A DNA stretch of 62,969 nt, the filler included, from Octopus bimaculoides (taxonomy: Eukaryota), in assembly GCF_001194135.2 (NCBI RefSeq). It is 6 parts of 6 records of this genome, joined end to end, with 100 filler letters (N's around TTAATTAATTAA, not from the genome) between each part and the next. Parts side by side here need not be neighbours in the genome. Positions count along the whole stretch, not along the records: positions 59,996 to 62,969 come from NW_026383625.1; 5 more parts are not named here. One strand, written 5' to 3'. How positions within the stretch are numbered: the first letter of the stretch is position 1; every line of letters begins with the position of its first letter. Made by a program: the position numbers and the translations under genes. Below are positions 61,376 to 62,969 of this stretch, one piece after another. The notes beneath the pieces were generated by a model. It was not told the origin of the DNA and did not search any database. It was given only the letters and a program-made list of their open reading frames with translations.

Positions 61376-61489
61376 GTCCAATAAAAAAGAGGAAGAGTCC
61401 ATAAGTCATGTTGCCATGGTTTGAGAATATGTCCGGCCAATGCTTCCGGATCACTGCTTATAACCACATCGGCTGCAATGACAACTTGT

Positions 61490-62969
61490 CTATAAAACTT
61501 CGCTATAGACAACATTGCGTGTTCTACCCTGAGGAGCATACACAAAAAGAGCATTTCTACTACCCACCTGGGAGCAGGCCACATGTGAAAAGCATGGCTC
61601 CCCCAAATGGATGCCTGCCACCGATAGTGTTTGACCTTGGGATTTGTTGATGGACATGGCAAAGCATGGTCTCACCAGTAACTGCAATCTGTGGAAGTGA
61701 AATGGTATGTCTGACCCCGAGGGATAATGGTGCATCCTTGAAATGAAAACATTTTCACCCCTCCCGTACTCTGTAACAATGGTGGCCTCAATCAAGTGGG
61801 GCATCAGGGACTTAACTACTAAGCGGGTCTCGTTGCACTGTTTAGGCAGAAGCAAGTTTCTGATTAGCATAATTAGGCATCCAAGCCTTAGCCTAAGAAT
61901 GTGAGGTGGAAGCCCTGCTGGCTCCAATGAGTTAAGAAATTCGATAGGGTAATTGACAATGTCTTGGGGGGGTCACAGGTCCGGTCAATCGATTTGTAGA
62001 TGCGCTCCTCACCCGGAATTTGGCTTATGAGCTGGTCATTGATAGCACTGACAGCTACATTTTTGGGAGCCAGGATGGTTCTTTCACTGAGCCAATTGAT
62101 GTCTGCATAGTTACTTTTCAGATTGGAGAATACTGTTTCCAAAAGATTAGAAGGGCTGTCCACTGTGTTGCACAGTTCAGAGATGGATATGTCGCCCTTA
62201 TCATTCTTAGGAACCTTCCCTTTTCCAAGGGCTAAAATGTCTTCAGCAAATGCTGCAGACATGCTCTTACCAAACAAGTGCGCACGCATGTTTGTGCTTA
62301 GGCTTAACGTCTTAACCTGGAGCCACAACGTGGATGACTGAAGGCATGTGCGCACTTCATCAGCCCGGGTCCCTTTATGGATGACAGGAAGGGTTTGTCG
62401 GAAATCTCCTGAAAGTAATAGAGTTACACCACCCATAGAAGCTGTAGAATCCCTGATATCTTTCAGTGACCGGTCAAGTGCCTCAAGGGCACCCTTATTG
62501 GCCATTGTGCATTCGTCCCATACAATGAGACGGCACTGTCTAAGAACTTCAGCTTCCTCTGAATTTTTGCTAATGTTGCAAGTAGAAACCTCGGCCCTAA
62601 CCAAATCCAAAGGCAGCTTGAATGCCAAGTGCGCCGTCCTACCTCCTGGCAATAACGTAGCAGCAATTACCGAGAAGGCAACGGCTAGCGCAATTTGTTT
62701 CTCGCGATGAATCTTAGCAAGTATTAATCATGTTACAAAGGATTTGCCGGTACCTCCAGGAGCACCGTGGAAAAAAATGCTGCCCACCTGTTTTTCAACG
62801 GCACTGACTACAGTTTCATACGCCAGCCTCTGATTAGCGAGCAATTTCGGTTCATTTACTCTCAGGTACTCTGCAAGGCTATCAGCATCATAGGACAACT
62901 CCAGAAGTAACTTTGGTGTGAGTGTGTTAACGTCCTGTCGCAATGAGGAAAGCAAACCGAATGTGTTCA
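61490..62969 (-). mobile_element. Helitron Rep/Helicase, PIF1-like helicase half, disrupted; continues beyond the window
   Basis: APGGTGKSF (Walker A), PGGRTAH, IVWDECTM (Walker B), SGDFRQTLPV, ILAPKN, GLPPH.LRL, FAMSINKSQGQTL, NVVYSEVL*. In-frame TGA at 62728-62730; frameshift in the C-run near 61965. Confidence 0.93.

Overview
Eukaryotic, repeat-dense genomic DNA with many N gaps. The SINE/LINE families and microsatellite load point to an octopus (inference, not checked by search). Five NNN-TTAATTAATTAA-NNN spacers (6941, 20418, 29033, 39266, 59940) look like artificial contig joins, so adjacency across them is not trusted. Host genes I can support: the first coding exon of a cholecystokinin/gastrin/sulfakinin-type class A GPCR (25678-26053, +) and an intact tRNA-Leu(TAA) gene (31449-31531, +). 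The rest is mobile DNA: several tRNA-derived SINE families, RTE 3' ends, young (AAT)n-flanked Dong/R4 LINE ends, a CR1-like fragment, Penelope-like RT and GIY-YIG fragments, a DD37D (maT-type) Tc1/mariner relic, a hAT terminus and a disrupted Helitron helicase. The most interesting signal is a set of hammerhead ribozyme motifs. Two identical minimal type I hammerheads sit in a ~150 bp AAT-anchored element (10407-10452 +, 20213-20258 -). One lies in a 144 bp imperfect palindrome (58900-58944 -). One candidate has its three strands in a non-circularly permuted order (37416-37493 -). All RNA folds were derived by eye and none has been tested.
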